Origin: a virus
Lineage: Duplodnaviria > Caudoviricetes
Length of the DNA stretch: 64,000 nucleotides
Direction: 5' to 3' (one strand)
IMG/VR virus record: IMGVR_UViG_3300012921_000046
Coordinates: 629-64,628 of that record
The notes beneath the pieces were generated by a model, which saw nothing but the letters and a program-made list of their open reading frames with translations, was not told the origin of the DNA and made no database searches. Made by a program: the position numbers and the translations under genes. Below, piece by piece: positions 43,756 to 52,919 of the stretch; within the stretch, counting starts at the first letter, position 1; every line of letters begins with the position of its first letter.

Positions 43756-46542
43756 TTAGGCGACCTTGATGTAGGCGCCCTTCTCCGGCATGTGGGCGTC
43801 CGTGCCGTCGAACTGCTCGGCGTAGTACTGATCGGCGGCGATCAGCTCGCCGTCGGTCGAGTAGGTCGGGAAGGGCCCGCGGAGCACCATCGCCTGGAAG
43901 ATGCGGTGCTGGACGAGCTCGCGGGTGCCGACGAGGATGTGGCTGTCGGGGAACTGCGTGGTCGAGAAGACCGGCAGGCCCTTGATGCGGCCGACCATGC
44001 CGGTCGCAGTATCGAGTGCGGCGTCGGCCCGCTGGCCGTTGTTCGTGAAGCGCTCCGAGTTACTGAGCCGGTCGGAGTTCGACATCGACATCAGCACGAA
44101 CTCCGGCTGGTAGTAGCGGCCGGCCACCTTAACCTTGGCGTAGCCGATCTTCGCCTCCAGATCGGTGAGCGGGTCGCTCGCCGACACCCACGTGCCGCCC
44201 GAGTTGCCGGGCAGGCTCAGCACGGCGGCTAGGCCGCGCAGCAGGATGCCGCGGTCGATCACCTCGGCGATCCGGCGGGTGATGCCGGCGAGCATCCGGG
44301 TGGTAGCGTCGTAGTTGATCTGGGACCGGCCGAAGACCACCGCCTCGCGGCTGATCTGCCCGGCCAGGCGGTTGGCGTGGATCTCGAGCGTCTTGTAGAG
44401 CAGGGTCTGCTTGCCGCGCTTGATCGCCGCCATCTCGCCGCGCCGGATCGCGTCGTACGTGTAATCGACGTAGAGCGACTGGCTGTTGGTAATAGACCCG
44501 GCGGCCAGCGCCATCACCCGGCCCTCGATGTAGTCGATCACATAGTCGGTACCCTCGACGTAGGTCGTGGTCCCGGCCGTGTTGGTCACCACCACGGTGC
44601 CGAAGCGCAGCGCCTTGTTGGCCAGGGCCACCCACGCCCCATGCGCGGCGACCAGCACCTCGTTGTTGATGGTGGGCTCGGAGCCCGTCTCGCCCTGGTA
44701 CTTCTCGAAGTAGATGCGCGTCGGCGCCGCGTCAGTGAGCTGCACGTCGAAGATCGACGGGGCCACCAGCATCGGGGTCGCCTCGGCCACGATGGTGCGC
44801 GCCACCGTGTAGGGCAGATTCAGGTCGGCGGTGGTCTCCGCCTCGTCCCACTGCCGCGCCTCCTGCTGGAGGTGGTGGCGGTTCTGCTCGTCGAACTTCT
44901 TCAGGATCTCGGCCGTGAACCGCTCGTTGACGGTCTGCGGGGCCGTCATCAGGTGTGGGCGCGGGGTGGCGTGGTTGCCGCGCACCAGCGCCTCGTGCAG
45001 TTCGAGCGCCGGCTTCGCGTAGGCCGGGTGGCCCGTCGCACTCTCGATCACCGGGCCGACCACCTGCACCTGGCCGGAGGGGCGGCCCTGCCGGCCGAGC
45101 TCGGCCTGCGCCAGGGCGGCGTCCAGGGTCTTGCGCCGACGGGCGAGCAGGGCGTCGGCCTCCTCGACAGTCTTGGGGGCGTCGGCCTGCACGTCCTCAA
45201 CGAGCTGCTGCCGCGTGGCACCGTTGTAGGCGTCGATCTTGGCCACCACCGCGGCGATGTGATCGTTGACCTTGCGGCGCTGCTCGGCCTCCTCCAGCCG
45301 CTGCTTCTCGGCCTGGACGGCGGCGAGCTCCTTGCCGTGCTCGGCCTTGGCCTCGGCGAGGGCCTGGGCCCGGGCCTCGTCGCGGATGGCGTCCAGGCGC
45401 GCCTGCTCCTGGAGCTTCTTGTGCTCGGCGTCGCGCCGGCTGGCGTCGGCCTCGGCCAGAATGGCCTTGACCTGATCGGGGTAGCGCTCCTTGAGCGCCT
45501 CCAGGGTCAGCTGGTCCTCGTCCACGGGTCGTGCCTCCTTACGGGTGGTGGGGGTCGGGGCGGAGGCTGCCGACGGGCGGCGGCTCTCCAGCATCGTGAC
45601 GGCGCCGTTCGGGTCGCTGGGCTCGAGGACCAGGTCGTACCCGGAGATGTGTAGCTCGGTGATGTCTTCGACCTTCTGGCCGTCGACCGTGATCAGGTCG
45701 GCGTAGCCCCAGGCGCGCTGGCTCAGCCCGGGCAACACCTCGTGATCCATCAGGGTGATCGCGTCGCGGCCCTTCGAGGTCGGCACGATGATGCCGCTGA
45801 CCTTGGTGCGGCCGTCCTCCTCGATCGCCCAGTCGTCCCAGCGGACGATGGTCTCCAGGAATTCGGCCCGCTGGCCCTTGTCGCTGGGGTGGCCGCTCTC
45901 GCCCAGCACCGCGCGGGCGCCGAGCTGCTGGCGGTTCTGCCGCGCCTCGGTGAGCGCGGCGTCGAGCACCGCTCGACTGTAGCGCCGGCCGTTCTTGTTG
46001 ATCGCGTCGGCGGTGATGCCGTAGCCGGTGATGCGCCGGGCACCCGTCTTGGCGTTGGCCTCCTCCAGCGGGGCTACGGTCAGGGTCTCGACGATCTCGA
46101 CCCGGCGCCGCTCCGGGGGCGCCGGGGGCGCGGGCGGCGTTGTCTCGGCGATCTCGCGCGCCGCCTGCCGGGCCGCCTCGCTCGTCACGGCCTGAATGCG
46201 GTAGCCCAGCTCCACCTTCTCCCACTGGTCGCGGGGGGTGAAGCTGTACACACCCTGCTCGTCGCGGCTGTAGGTGACGTAGTAGTACTCGTCGGGGGGC
46301 AGCTCCTCGGCGCGGACGATCACATACCCGTCGAAGATCTCTTCGATGTAGATATAGGTGCCGCTGTCGTAGGTGTAGGAGCTGCGGAACTGGCGGTAGA
46401 ACGCCGAGCGGATCATCGCCATCGTGTAATCGAGCGAGCCCTTCACGAGCTCGTCGAGCGGCTGGCGATCGGGGGGGAGGGCGGCACGCACCGCGTCGAC
46501 GAGCGGGCGCCCGGGGGAAAGCTTTCGGAGTGGCTTGGCCAT
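43756..46542 (-). CDS. Prohead protease-scaffold-major capsid fusion protein
   Basis: NKNGRRYS...LGESGHP...GLSQRAWG...YDLVLEPS protease; coiled-coil scaffold; HK97-like capsid C-terminus; start MAKPLR. Confidence 0.85.
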   Translation of the reverse strand: MAKPLRKLSPGRPLVDAVRAALPPDRQPLDELVKGSLDYTMAMIRSAFYRQFRSSYTYDSGTYIYIEEIFDGYVIVRAEELPPDEYYYVTYSRDEQGVYSFTPRDQWEKVELGYRIQAVTSEAARQAAREIAETTPPAPPAPPERRRVEIVETLTVAPLEEANAKTGARRITGYGITADAINKNGRRYSRAVLDAALTEARQNRQQLGARAVLGESGHPSDKGQRAEFLETIVRWDDWAIEEDGRTKVSGIIVPTSKGRDAITLMDHEVLPGLSQRAWGYADLITVDGQKVEDITELHISGYDLVLEPSDPNGAVTMLESRRPSAASAPTPTTRKEARPVDEDQLTLEALKERYPDQVKAILAEADASRRDAEHKKLQEQARLDAIRDEARAQALAEAKAEHGKELAAVQAEKQRLEEAEQRRKVNDHIAAVVAKIDAYNGATRQQLVEDVQADAPKTVEEADALLARRRKTLDAALAQAELGRQGRPSGQVQVVGPVIESATGHPAYAKPALELHEALVRGNHATPRPHLMTAPQTVNERFTAEILKKFDEQNRHHLQQEARQWDEAETTADLNLPYTVARTIVAEATPMLVAPSIFDVQLTDAAPTRIYFEKYQGETGSEPTINNEVLVAAHGAWVALANKALRFGTVVVTNTAGTTTYVEGTDYVIDYIEGRVMALAAGSITNSQSLYVDYTYDAIRRGEMAAIKRGKQTLLYKTLEIHANRLAGQISREAVVFGRSQINYDATTRMLAGITRRIAEVIDRGILLRGLAAVLSLPGNSGGTWVSASDPLTDLEAKIGYAKVKVAGRYYQPEFVLMSMSNSDRLSNSERFTNNGQRADAALDTATGMVGRIKGLPVFSTTQFPDSHILVGTRELVQHRIFQAMVLRGPFPTYSTDGELIAADQYYAEQFDGTDAHMPEKGAYIKVA

Positions 46543-46702
46543 GCAAACGCCCCTGCCGCGGCGTGAGGCGCGGCAGGGGCGCAAACAGGCGATACAAGGT
46601 CGCTCGGGGAGATAAATTGTCAGGTGCCGGGTAGGGTTTCCGGCGCCAACGCTGCGCTAGCTCAGCGGACGGCCCACGCAACCACCGTTACAACTGGAGC
46701 AT

Positions 46703-46777
46703 TGGTACCGGGAGCCGGATTTGCACCGGCGACCTTCGGGATATGAGCCCGACGCGCTGCTCCTGCGCTACCCCGGA
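46703..46777 (-). tRNA. tRNA-Met(CAT), initiator-like
   Basis: TCCGGGG TA GCGC AGGAGCA GCGC G TCGGG CTCATAT CCCGA AGGTC GCCGG TGCAAAT CCGGC TCCCGGT A CCA; 1:72 mismatch, three consecutive G:C pairs in the anticodon stem. Confidence 0.88.
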
Positions 46778-46850
46778 TCAGGCGGCTGTCCTATACGTCG
46801 GACATGCCTGGCCTGATTATAGGGGATATGTCAACCATTGTGCAACACAC

Positions 46851-47510
46851 TTATGAGCAAAGGGTAAGACCGCGCTCAATTAATGGACCTATATCTTTCT
46901 TCAGTCCCAAATCGCCTGGCGCATCAGCCCAAATTTCTTGAATGTCGCGCCATCCTCGCTGCGCCATATTACCTCGCGCCAATCCGTTCACCGCATAAAC
47001 TTGGCCGTTCGCAAACAATACGATCCGATTACCTGGAACACAGGCGAGCGTGCCTTCCTCAATCGTCAAGGGCCACGCTTCGCCAAAATCCGCGCGGCTC
47101 ACCTTACCCCCTGACGCCCCACTGCTCGCTGGTTGGGCTGTTGGTGCTTTTGTTGCGGTCGGCGGAACAGGAGTGTTGGTCGGAACTGGGGTGTCGGTCG
47201 AAGTCGAGGTTTCGGTAGGTGCTGGTGTATTGCTCGGGGCCGGTGTGTCTAGGGGAACGAGCGTCGTCACCACGGTGGGCACCCTAATCACCACACCTGG
47301 CTCAGCCGCGCCGCCCGCAGCCGGTCGCGGGGTCCACGTCGGGTCCAACCCCATGCCTTGACGTGTTCCCTGAACAACACCGACAAAAGCAGCCGAACCC
47401 ACAAATAGGCAGGCGGACGCGACACACAGCACGACACTGCCACCGCAGGTCGCAACGACGACGCGCCAAAGACCCGATAGCCCTCGCCACCAGTTCAGGA
47501 CGTTCTGCAT
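46851..47510 (-). CDS. Membrane-anchored moron with YebY/DUF2511-like C-terminal domain
   Basis: TM helix, PT linker, VSRADFGEAWPLTIEEGTLAC...YAVNGLA. Confidence 0.72.
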   Translation of the reverse strand: MQNVLNWWRGLSGLWRVVVATCGGSVVLCVASACLFVGSAAFVGVVQGTRQGMGLDPTWTPRPAAGGAAEPGVVIRVPTVVTTLVPLDTPAPSNTPAPTETSTSTDTPVPTNTPVPPTATKAPTAQPASSGASGGKVSRADFGEAWPLTIEEGTLACVPGNRIVLFANGQVYAVNGLARGNMAQRGWRDIQEIWADAPGDLGLKKDIGPLIERGLTLCS

Positions 47511-47560
47511 TGCACCCTCCGTTGTCGCGGTGAAACGGAGAGAACTATACCACGCGCTCA

Positions 47561-47920
47561 CTACACCGTGTCGTCTGCATTTGCGGGCGCGCGACGGGCG
47601 GGGAGCTTCAGCCGGTCCTCAATCCAGGAGCCGTAGCGGCGGAAGCTAATCTTCACCTGGTGCTTGGACGGATTGTAGAAGCACAGCCGCACGCGGAAGT
47701 TCACCCCGACGACCGGCACCCAATCGTCGAGGATCGGATCGGCGTCGGGAAGCGGGCCCACCGCACGAATGTTGTCGCCATGCCAGCGACGGCTGACGGC
47801 GATTTCGTTCGTCGTGGGGTTGTAGTGCGCGACGGTCTTTCCGGTGATCGTGCGACTGATGAGCGGCAGCCACTCGGGCGCCGGCGTCGCGGGCTGCTCA
47901 CGCTCCGGCGGGGTCTGCAT
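47561..47920 (-). CDS. Hypothetical protein
   Basis: ORF in the late operon. Confidence 0.55.
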   Translation of the reverse strand: MQTPPEREQPATPAPEWLPLISRTITGKTVAHYNPTTNEIAVSRRWHGDNIRAVGPLPDADPILDDWVPVVGVNFRVRLCFYNPSKHQVKISFRRYGSWIEDRLKLPARRAPANADDTV

Positions 47921-49037
47921 TGATGAGGTCCTCCATGTCATCGGGGTCGGATGTGAGCCAGCCCGCGAGGGCCAGGGCCAGGATCGGGATCAGGGAGGTC
48001 AGCGGCAGGGCCTCCCGCTCCACGCCAAGCCAGGCGCGGTAGTCGTCGAGTGCCGCGTCGCCCGTTCCGACCACGTAGGCGGCGAGCCGCGCGCGGAACG
48101 TGTCGGCCGGCACCAGCACCGGCGCCTGGTAGCACAGGCAAAAGGGGTGGTAGGGCGGCACAGGCTGATCGCCCACCGGGTACACCCCGCCGCCGTTCGG
48201 GCCGCCGTCGGCGTGCTGGTCACAGATGTCGGGCTTGGGGTGCGCACCCGACAGGCGGATCGCCACCCCCTCCACCCAGGGCGACCGGGCCATGGCCAGC
48301 GCGGCCGCGAGCTGGTGCGCGGCCGTCAGCTCCGTGTGCGCCAGGCGCAGTGCGTTGAACGCCACGCCCTTCGCCGCACACGGCGAACTGCCGACCAGGC
48401 CGGTGGTGTCGCCGGCGGCAATGCGCTTCTTGCTGAGCCGCAGCCGCTGCCACGTCCAGCGCGGGCACTCCGCCCCGGCGCCCAGATACTGCTCCAGCTC
48501 GCGCGCCAGCTGCGCCGCACTCTGCCCGTCGGCGATGCCGGTCAGCAGCGTCAGCTCCAGCCCCTCCTGGCCGCCGTTGTCGAGCTGCCACAGGCGCTGG
48601 CTTAACTTCAGGCCGCCCAGCACCCGAGCATCCGCCGCCGCGATCACGTCGTCGAGGTCGGCCACGAATTTGGCCGACGGCCCTTGCCGCGCCTCCGTCG
48701 CCGCCCCGGCAACACCCGCCGCCAGCGTGTCGTGCTGGGCGGCGAGCGCGCCGTAGGGGATGGCCGCCGCGTGGCGCCGCGCCTGGGTCAGCAGGTCCTG
48801 GTAGTCCTTGCGGAACGTCGCCCAGGCAGCGTCGGCCGACTCACGCAGGCCAAAGTAGCTCTCGCTCGACAGGCTCCCATCGTCGCCGGCCACCGCCCGG
48901 ACGCGCCGCTCGACCGTGGCGAACACCTCGCCCACGAGCTGATGCACCCGCCCGCTGACGTAGAGCATCAGGCGCAGCAGCGCGGTCTGCTGTGCCTCGG
49001 CGAGCTCGCCCAGGTCGATGTCGGCGACGTCGGTCAC
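47898..49037 (-). CDS. Minor head morphogenesis protein (MuF-like)
   Basis: LRLAHTEL...W...CDQHA...PPYHPFCLCY. Confidence 0.85.
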   Translation of the reverse strand: MTDVADIDLGELAEAQQTALLRLMLYVSGRVHQLVGEVFATVERRVRAVAGDDGSLSSESYFGLRESADAAWATFRKDYQDLLTQARRHAAAIPYGALAAQHDTLAAGVAGAATEARQGPSAKFVADLDDVIAAADARVLGGLKLSQRLWQLDNGGQEGLELTLLTGIADGQSAAQLARELEQYLGAGAECPRWTWQRLRLSKKRIAAGDTTGLVGSSPCAAKGVAFNALRLAHTELTAAHQLAAALAMARSPWVEGVAIRLSGAHPKPDICDQHADGGPNGGGVYPVGDQPVPPYHPFCLCYQAPVLVPADTFRARLAAYVVGTGDAALDDYRAWLGVEREALPLTSLIPILALALAGWLTSDPDDMEDLINADPAGA

Positions 49038-49040
49038 GCG

Positions 49041-49277
49041 CTATCCCCTCCCCGCCTGGCGCAGGTCGCGGAACCGCGCCCAGGCCTCCTTCCGTTCCAT
49101 CGCGGCAAAGATGGACTCCGGACGCTCGCCAAGCACGTCCTCTTGGCGTAGCGCCTCCAGGATGTCGCACAGCGCCTGCGCGCTGGCCTCGTCGCTCCAC
49201 GAGGTACAGATCAGCGTCGGGCCCCACCAGATGGCCCAGTACTTTCCCTCGGGACGAACGACGAAGCGCTCGCTCAC
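49041..49277 (-). CDS. Hypothetical protein
   Basis: Tightly packed ORF. Confidence 0.6.
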   Translation of the reverse strand: MSERFVVRPEGKYWAIWWGPTLICTSWSDEASAQALCDILEALRQEDVLGERPESIFAAMERKEAWARFRDLRQAGRG

Positions 49278-49505
49278 CTACGCCCCCTCGTCGAGCTTGC
49301 GGAGCCGGATGAGGTCCGCGATCGGCCGGTGCTGCTGAAGCGCCTCGACGACTGTCGCATGAGCCACCCCGCGGGCGCGGGCCGCGCAGGCCGCGCGCAG
49401 GAACTCGCTGTCGTCGGCGAGCGCGCGGTAGCGGTCGGCCTCCTCGGCCGTGATCCCATACTGGCGGGCGAGCTCCACCAGCGGTTGCAGATCAGGCATG
49501 TTCAT
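49278..49505 (-). CDS. Hypothetical protein
   Basis: Tightly packed ORF. Confidence 0.6.
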   Translation of the reverse strand: MNMPDLQPLVELARQYGITAEEADRYRALADDSEFLRAACAARARGVAHATVVEALQQHRPIADLIRLRKLDEGA

Positions 49506-49740
49506 GCGTGTCGCCTTTCGTGATGGTTTTGGCTTGGCCCACGGACGACCAGGTGGTGGTGCCGGGCCGGATCTCTAGCGAGCCCGGCCCGCGGTCCTTG
49601 TTTGCCTGTCCGGTGCCGGGACGCTTCCCGCGCGCATACTGCACCATGCCCCACACGACCGCGCCGATCACGATCCAGACAAGCACAATGAGTCCCGCGA
49701 GCAGCGAACCGAGCAACAGTTGCCAGAGCGTGTCGATCAC
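49492..49740 (-). CDS. Small single-TM membrane protein
   Basis: LWQLLLGSLLAGLIVLVWIVIGAVVWGMV. Confidence 0.65.
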   Translation of the reverse strand: MIDTLWQLLLGSLLAGLIVLVWIVIGAVVWGMVQYARGKRPGTGQANKDRGPGSLEIRPGTTTWSSVGQAKTITKGDTHEHA

Positions 49741-49745
49741 GTTGC

Positions 49746-50033
49746 TTACTCCTTCGGATTAAGGTCAAGGGGCGACACAGTCTGGGGCAGGCCGTCGAGC
49801 AGTGTGACATCCCACACTGCCCGCTCGCGCTGCTCCTCTGCCCAGACCTCAGAGTCAGCTCGCATGGCTGCATACCCCGCGTTCGCCGTATCGGCAATGC
49901 ACTTCCGGCGGAACTGCTCAACAATGCGATCAAGCAGCGCAGTGAGCGTGCTGCCTTCCTGCGCTGCCAACTTCTTTAGCTTCTCGTGGGTTGCGACACT
50001 GATTCGGAGCGTGGTCGATGGACGGCTAGCCAC
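49746..50033 (-). CDS. Ribbon-helix-helix antitoxin-like protein (orphan)
   Basis: STTLRISVATHEKLKKLA...LLDRIVEQFRRK...NAGYAAMRAD...W.EE..ERAVWDVTLLDGL resembles antitoxins paired with PemK/MazF; GGAGG RBS. Confidence 0.7.
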   Translation of the reverse strand: MASRPSTTLRISVATHEKLKKLAAQEGSTLTALLDRIVEQFRRKCIADTANAGYAAMRADSEVWAEEQRERAVWDVTLLDGLPQTVSPLDLNPKE

Positions 50034-50496
50034 GAACGAGCCTCCTCCCTTGGTACACAATGGTCAGATGCACCGTGTTGACGGGCGACGGCGCCTGGTG
50101 CAGCCGCACAGCGAACGCGCCAGGCCAGGCCACCGACGAGCAGCGCCCCTCGGCCAGCGTGTGCAACCCATCGATCAGCCAGCGCACGCGACCATCCCAC
50201 CAGGGCAGGGCCGTGGACAGGCCGATGCTGAGCAGGAGGCCGTTGCGCTCCGTCAGCGTCGGGTTGGCGCTCACAAAGCCGGTGAAGGTCGCCTTCCACA
50301 GGTTGCCCCCATCGCCCGCCAGGTCGACCTGGAACAGCGAGTCCGACGTCGCCCCGATTTGCCGCATGCATCGGACGGTGCGCAGATCGCTATACTCGCC
50401 GTCGGTGCGGTAGCCCACCTCGCGCAGGGTCACCCGGCGGGGCGGGCCGAAAACCACGCCCCAGCGCCCCAACTCGCGGCATAGGTCGCGGCTCAC
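50026..50496 (-). CDS. Hypothetical protein
   Basis: GTG start overlapping the portal stop. Confidence 0.55.
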   Translation of the reverse strand: MSRDLCRELGRWGVVFGPPRRVTLREVGYRTDGEYSDLRTVRCMRQIGATSDSLFQVDLAGDGGNLWKATFTGFVSANPTLTERNGLLLSIGLSTALPWWDGRVRWLIDGLHTLAEGRCSSVAWPGAFAVRLHQAPSPVNTVHLTIVYQGRRLVRG

Positions 50497-51881
50497 GCCG
50501 CCCTCCCCAGCCCGCGCCACGTTCCCAGCAGCTCGCTGATGCGCGCCGCACGCACCCCGTCGAGCGCTGCCACCTCCTGCGCCAGCCGCGCCGTGTCGTC
50601 GGGCGGCAGCTCCTGGTTGGCCGCAAGTGCGGCGACGACCGCCGCCGCGTCGAGCGTGGGGATGAGCCGGGCGACCACCGGCCACAGGAATTCCGGCGGC
50701 AGGCCGGCCGCCTTCAGCTTCACCGCCGCCTCGGCCGCGGCCTTGACCGTCTCGGCACTCAGCGCCTCCGTCGTCGGCTGGGCGATGGTGTACTTCAGCG
50801 AGGCCGGCCAGATGCCGTCGAGCATCCACTGGAGCCGGACGATCGGCTCGACCAGCTCCCCCACCGCCCAGCCCGTGATCTCCATCAGCGCCAGGTGGTA
50901 CTGCTCCTGCTGCTCCTTCAACACGTCGCGGTTGACGTTCTCGCCGTAGCCGAGCAGCGGCAGCGGCACGGGCGAGCTGATCGCCCACGTGCGCAGGTGG
51001 TGCAGCACGTCGTCGATCTCGCTCAGCCGGGCATCCCCCTGGATCGCCTCGACCCCGCCCTCGAAGTTCACAAAGAAGTCGGCCAGCGCGATGAACGGGT
51101 CGTTCAGCGCATCCTGGTTCTGGCGCTTGTACTCGTTCACCTGCTCCGGGCTGGCGCCGATCAGCTTGTGGACGAACCGCAGCCCGGCCCGGGTCTTCCG
51201 CCGCACCGCGATGTCCAGCTCCCCCTCGCGCGTGCGCTTGTAGGCGGTGCGGGCAGCGGCAAACAGCGGCCGCCCGTAGCGCTGGCCGTCGTCGTGATCC
51301 CACCGCGCGTGCGTGACCTGCCACTGGGCGAACCAGACCGCGTCCTTCGGTGGGTCGCCCGTCCAGCTCTCGCCCCACCAGTAGGCCCGCGTCGGGTCCG
51401 CGAAGCGGTCGGTGCGGTCGCTGGCCCGGTTGAACTCCAGCGTCGGCTTCCGAGTCACGAGAGCGATCTGCGCATCCTCGTCGACCGAGTGCTCCAGGAA
51501 AATGTCGCCGTCGTCGAAGGCCAGCCGGATCCAGTCGTCGAGCCGGTGGTTGAGCTTCAGCCGCGTGAAGAGCGCGTCGGCGCTCTCCTGCGCCCGCTGT
51601 GCGTCCGGGCCGTCCGCCACCTGTACCTGGAGCCCGCCGCGCACCGCGTCACGCGCCACCGTGGCAATCACCCCGCTCGCGCGCGTGTCCTCGCGGCGCA
51701 TCCGCCGGCAGTCCTCGATCAAGGAGCGCCGGTCGTCCTGGGCCCGGAAGCGTTGATCCAGGTCGACCAGCCCGGTGCGCGGCGGCGATGACGGAAGCTC
51801 ATCGGTCGTCGTGCGGCGCGGCGAGTCCTCGGCCGGGCGCCGGCGGAAGAAGCTGTTGAAACGTGCGGTCAACCCGGCCAT
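50493..51881 (-). CDS. Portal protein
   Basis: 462 aa helical protein between terminase and MuF; HARW...YGRPLF motif. Confidence 0.85.
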   Translation of the reverse strand: MAGLTARFNSFFRRRPAEDSPRRTTTDELPSSPPRTGLVDLDQRFRAQDDRRSLIEDCRRMRREDTRASGVIATVARDAVRGGLQVQVADGPDAQRAQESADALFTRLKLNHRLDDWIRLAFDDGDIFLEHSVDEDAQIALVTRKPTLEFNRASDRTDRFADPTRAYWWGESWTGDPPKDAVWFAQWQVTHARWDHDDGQRYGRPLFAAARTAYKRTREGELDIAVRRKTRAGLRFVHKLIGASPEQVNEYKRQNQDALNDPFIALADFFVNFEGGVEAIQGDARLSEIDDVLHHLRTWAISSPVPLPLLGYGENVNRDVLKEQQEQYHLALMEITGWAVGELVEPIVRLQWMLDGIWPASLKYTIAQPTTEALSAETVKAAAEAAVKLKAAGLPPEFLWPVVARLIPTLDAAAVVAALAANQELPPDDTARLAQEVAALDGVRAARISELLGTWRGLGRAA

Positions 51882-51884
51882 GTG

Positions 51885-52136
51885 TCACTCCTCCACCCAC
51901 TCGACCGACAGCGCTCCGTCAGCCCACGCAAAGCTAGTCACTCGCGCCCAGCGCTGGACGCCCCCGATCATCACCACCACGCGCAGCGTCTCGCCAACGG
52001 CGTAGCGCCGCGCCAGCTCGTCCATCGCCGCGTGTCGCTCCGGCGGCATACGCACCGCGATCGATCCCTCGGCCTTCCCGCGCCACTCCTGCGGCGGCGG
52101 CCAGAACCAGTCATGGATGCAGAGCTCGCCGCTCAT
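51885..52136 (-). CDS. Hypothetical protein
   Basis: 4-bp overlap with upstream ORF. Confidence 0.55.
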   Translation of the reverse strand: MSGELCIHDWFWPPPQEWRGKAEGSIAVRMPPERHAAMDELARRYAVGETLRVVVMIGGVQRWARVTSFAWADGALSVEWVEE

Positions 52137-52417
52137 CTTCGCTTCCGCTGGATCGCTGCCCACTTCCGCCGCTCGTGCCGGTTCCGCGGCGGCCCGCCGA
52201 AGAGTTCTTGCATCCGCTCGTCTGTAAGGTATCGCTCGGCGGCGGTCGCCTTGTCGGCCGCCATAAGTCGCAGGCCCGCCGTGCTCGCCGCCGCCAGCGC
52301 GGGAGCGGACGCCGCAACCGCCTTGGCATACTCTTCCAGCGCCCGGGCGGCCTGGTCAGCCATGCGCCGGGTCGAATCCGGGTCGATGACAAACTCGTGC
52401 AGATTCGGCTCACGCAT
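52133..52417 (-). CDS. Hypothetical protein
   Basis: Operon packing; NRHERRK motif. Confidence 0.6.
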   Translation of the reverse strand: MREPNLHEFVIDPDSTRRMADQAARALEEYAKAVAASAPALAAASTAGLRLMAADKATAAERYLTDERMQELFGGPPRNRHERRKWAAIQRKRR

Positions 52418-52919
52418 CTCCGGCCTCCCCCTTCGGCGCCCGCCCCGTCCACGGCCGCGCCGGCCGGTGCATCACCCCGGGTACGGTGGTCGGCGCAAAG
52501 CCAAACGAGCCGTAGAAGACCGTGAGCCGGGGGACATCGATCGGCTGGTCGGTGTAGGGCGCCACTTGAAGGTAGAGGTCATGCGCCTGCCACTCCCCGA
52601 CGGCGCGGGCGAGCAGAGCCGCCGCCCAGCCCTGGCCGCGCTTCGAACCCTGCACCCACAGATTGGTCAGCCAGAGCACGCCGGCGTCGTCGCGTATCTC
52701 GACGTGAGCAACCGTGCTCCCCTGGTCGTCGTCGATGCGGTAGCGGTGGGACGCGATGATCGGCGGGCCCGGCGCGGGCGCCGTATGCTCCAGCGCATCC
52801 AGCTCGCGCAACTTCGTGTAGTACGCTGCACTGCCCTGCTCCAGAGCCGCCAGCTCGCGACGAAGGTCTGCCGCGGTGTTCGGCCGCCGGTCGGCCAGCG
52901 CATATGACGGCTCGCTCAC
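52410..52919 (-). CDS. GNAT-family acetyltransferase
   Basis: WLTNLWVQGSKRGQGWAAALL (acetyl-CoA loop) ... LTVFYGSFGF. Confidence 0.85.
   Translation of the reverse strand: MSEPSYALADRRPNTAADLRRELAALEQGSAAYYTKLRELDALEHTAPAPGPPIIASHRYRIDDDQGSTVAHVEIRDDAGVLWLTNLWVQGSKRGQGWAAALLARAVGEWQAHDLYLQVAPYTDQPIDVPRLTVFYGSFGFAPTTVPGVMHRPARPWTGRAPKGEAGDA

Noticed and set aside
46610-46680. Hairpin region between the tRNA and capsid gene as a riboswitch or second tRNA
   Set aside because: One stem (GGTGCCGG/CCGGCGCC) only; no cloverleaf or riboswitch consensus that I recognise.
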